DNA of 64,000 nucleotides from Verrucomicrobiota bacterium (GTDB lineage Bacteria; Chlamydiota; Chlamydiia; Chlamydiales; JAAKFR01): NCBI GenBank assembly GCA_018239815.1, contig JAFEGP010000019.1, positions 36,096 to 100,095 of the forward strand, read 5' to 3'. Shown piece by piece: positions 63,657 to 64,000 of this stretch (position 1 is its first letter; each line of letters starts with the position of its first letter). The notes under the pieces were generated by a model. It saw only the letters and a program-made list of their open reading frames with translations, ran no database searches and was not told where the DNA came from. The position numbers and the translations under genes were made by a program.

Positions 63657-64000
63657 TTACTTTGTTGCTAGACACTTTGCACGTATCTCATCCACACGCG
63701 CATAATTGGCATATAAGTCTTCAAAAATCGCTTTCAGATCCAGCTTCTGATCAGGTTGGGCTAACCTTTGTCTAGCCATCATAGACACCATCACCGTCAC
63801 ACAAATGGCACAATCTCTAACCTTTTGAAAATTAGGAGTAATAAATAAGGTATACCCTTCCAATTCTCCTTCCGCTACAACTTGCTGAATCACTGTTTCA
63901 CAAGACAAATCACTGCTTTCTTTATTCCCGGATTGCGTTACAAAAAGGTCTGAAGGACGATATCCCTTGGAATCCAAGAAAAAAAGCTGTCGATCTTTAG
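63657..64000 (-). CDS. Hypothetical protein, probably 5'-truncated by the window end
   Basis: The track lists 63657-63977 from a TTG, but the frame stays open up to position 64000 (..KDRQLFFLDSKGY..). No motif recognised. Confidence 0.4.
   Translation of the reverse strand, partial: KDRQLFFLDSKGYRPSDLFVTQSGNKESSDLSCETVIQQVVAEGELEGYTLFITPNFQKVRDCAICVTVMVSMMARQRLAQPDQKLDLKAIFEDLYANYARVDEIRAKCLATK

Noticed and set aside
1-64000. Scanned for CRISPR arrays, IS elements, transposases, integrases, phage genes and toxin-antitoxin pairs, including integration at tRNA-Cys.
   Set aside because: I saw no regularly spaced direct repeats, and no DDE, tyrosine or serine recombinase motifs in any ORF. tRNA-Cys is flanked by murF and rsmI, with no duplicated tRNA 3' fragment seen.

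Overview
This 64-kb window is from a member of the phylum Chlamydiae. An environmental lineage (Simkania/Waddlia-like) looks more likely than Chlamydiaceae, but no search was run. The taxonomic markers read from the translations are: a MurC-Ddl fusion inside a complete murF-mraY-murD-ftsW-murG-murC/ddl-ftsQ cluster; a histone H1-like HctA (Hc1); a porin whose mature N-terminus is LPVGNPAEP, as in chlamydial MOMP; a GroEL paralog without a GGM tail; a futalosine-pathway radical-SAM gene; and several proteins with bilobed hydrophobic (Inc-like) domains. The window is densely coding, with about 65 CDS, one tRNA-Cys(GCA) and several clear rho-independent terminators. I found no rRNA, CRISPR array, transposase or integrase. 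From memory, the housekeeping backbone matches the C. trachomatis CT741-CT775 gene order: ldh-ppa-nudix-fabF-rsfS, miaA-rsbV, the dcw cluster, groEL3, efp-amn-tkt-alaS-mfd-hemE-hemN-hemY, and yajC-rumA-hctA. Lineage-specific islands interrupt this backbone, and these are the most interesting part. (1) A tandem array of four divergent paralogous small membrane proteins at 2603-4422. (2) Directly after it, a roughly 400-nt non-coding stretch that looks structured, is bracketed by two terminator hairpins, and that I could not assign to a known RNA family. (3) A pair of small Cys-rich membrane proteins with matching TTGACA-N17 promoters. (4) A FlgM-like mini-protein at the end of an efp-epmA-HAD operon. 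(5) A giant TPR protein translationally chained to TolQ/TolR and two small membrane proteins, one with a zinc ribbon. (6) Several orphan or Inc-like genes and a glycosyltransferase pair. A unique 9-nt poly-C tract sits in codons 7-10 of a coiled-coil protein. One HAD-IB hydrolase has its catalytic DxDGT motif upstream of any canonical start codon. All functional calls come from motif recognition by eye, and all statements about synteny or family membership need database confirmation.
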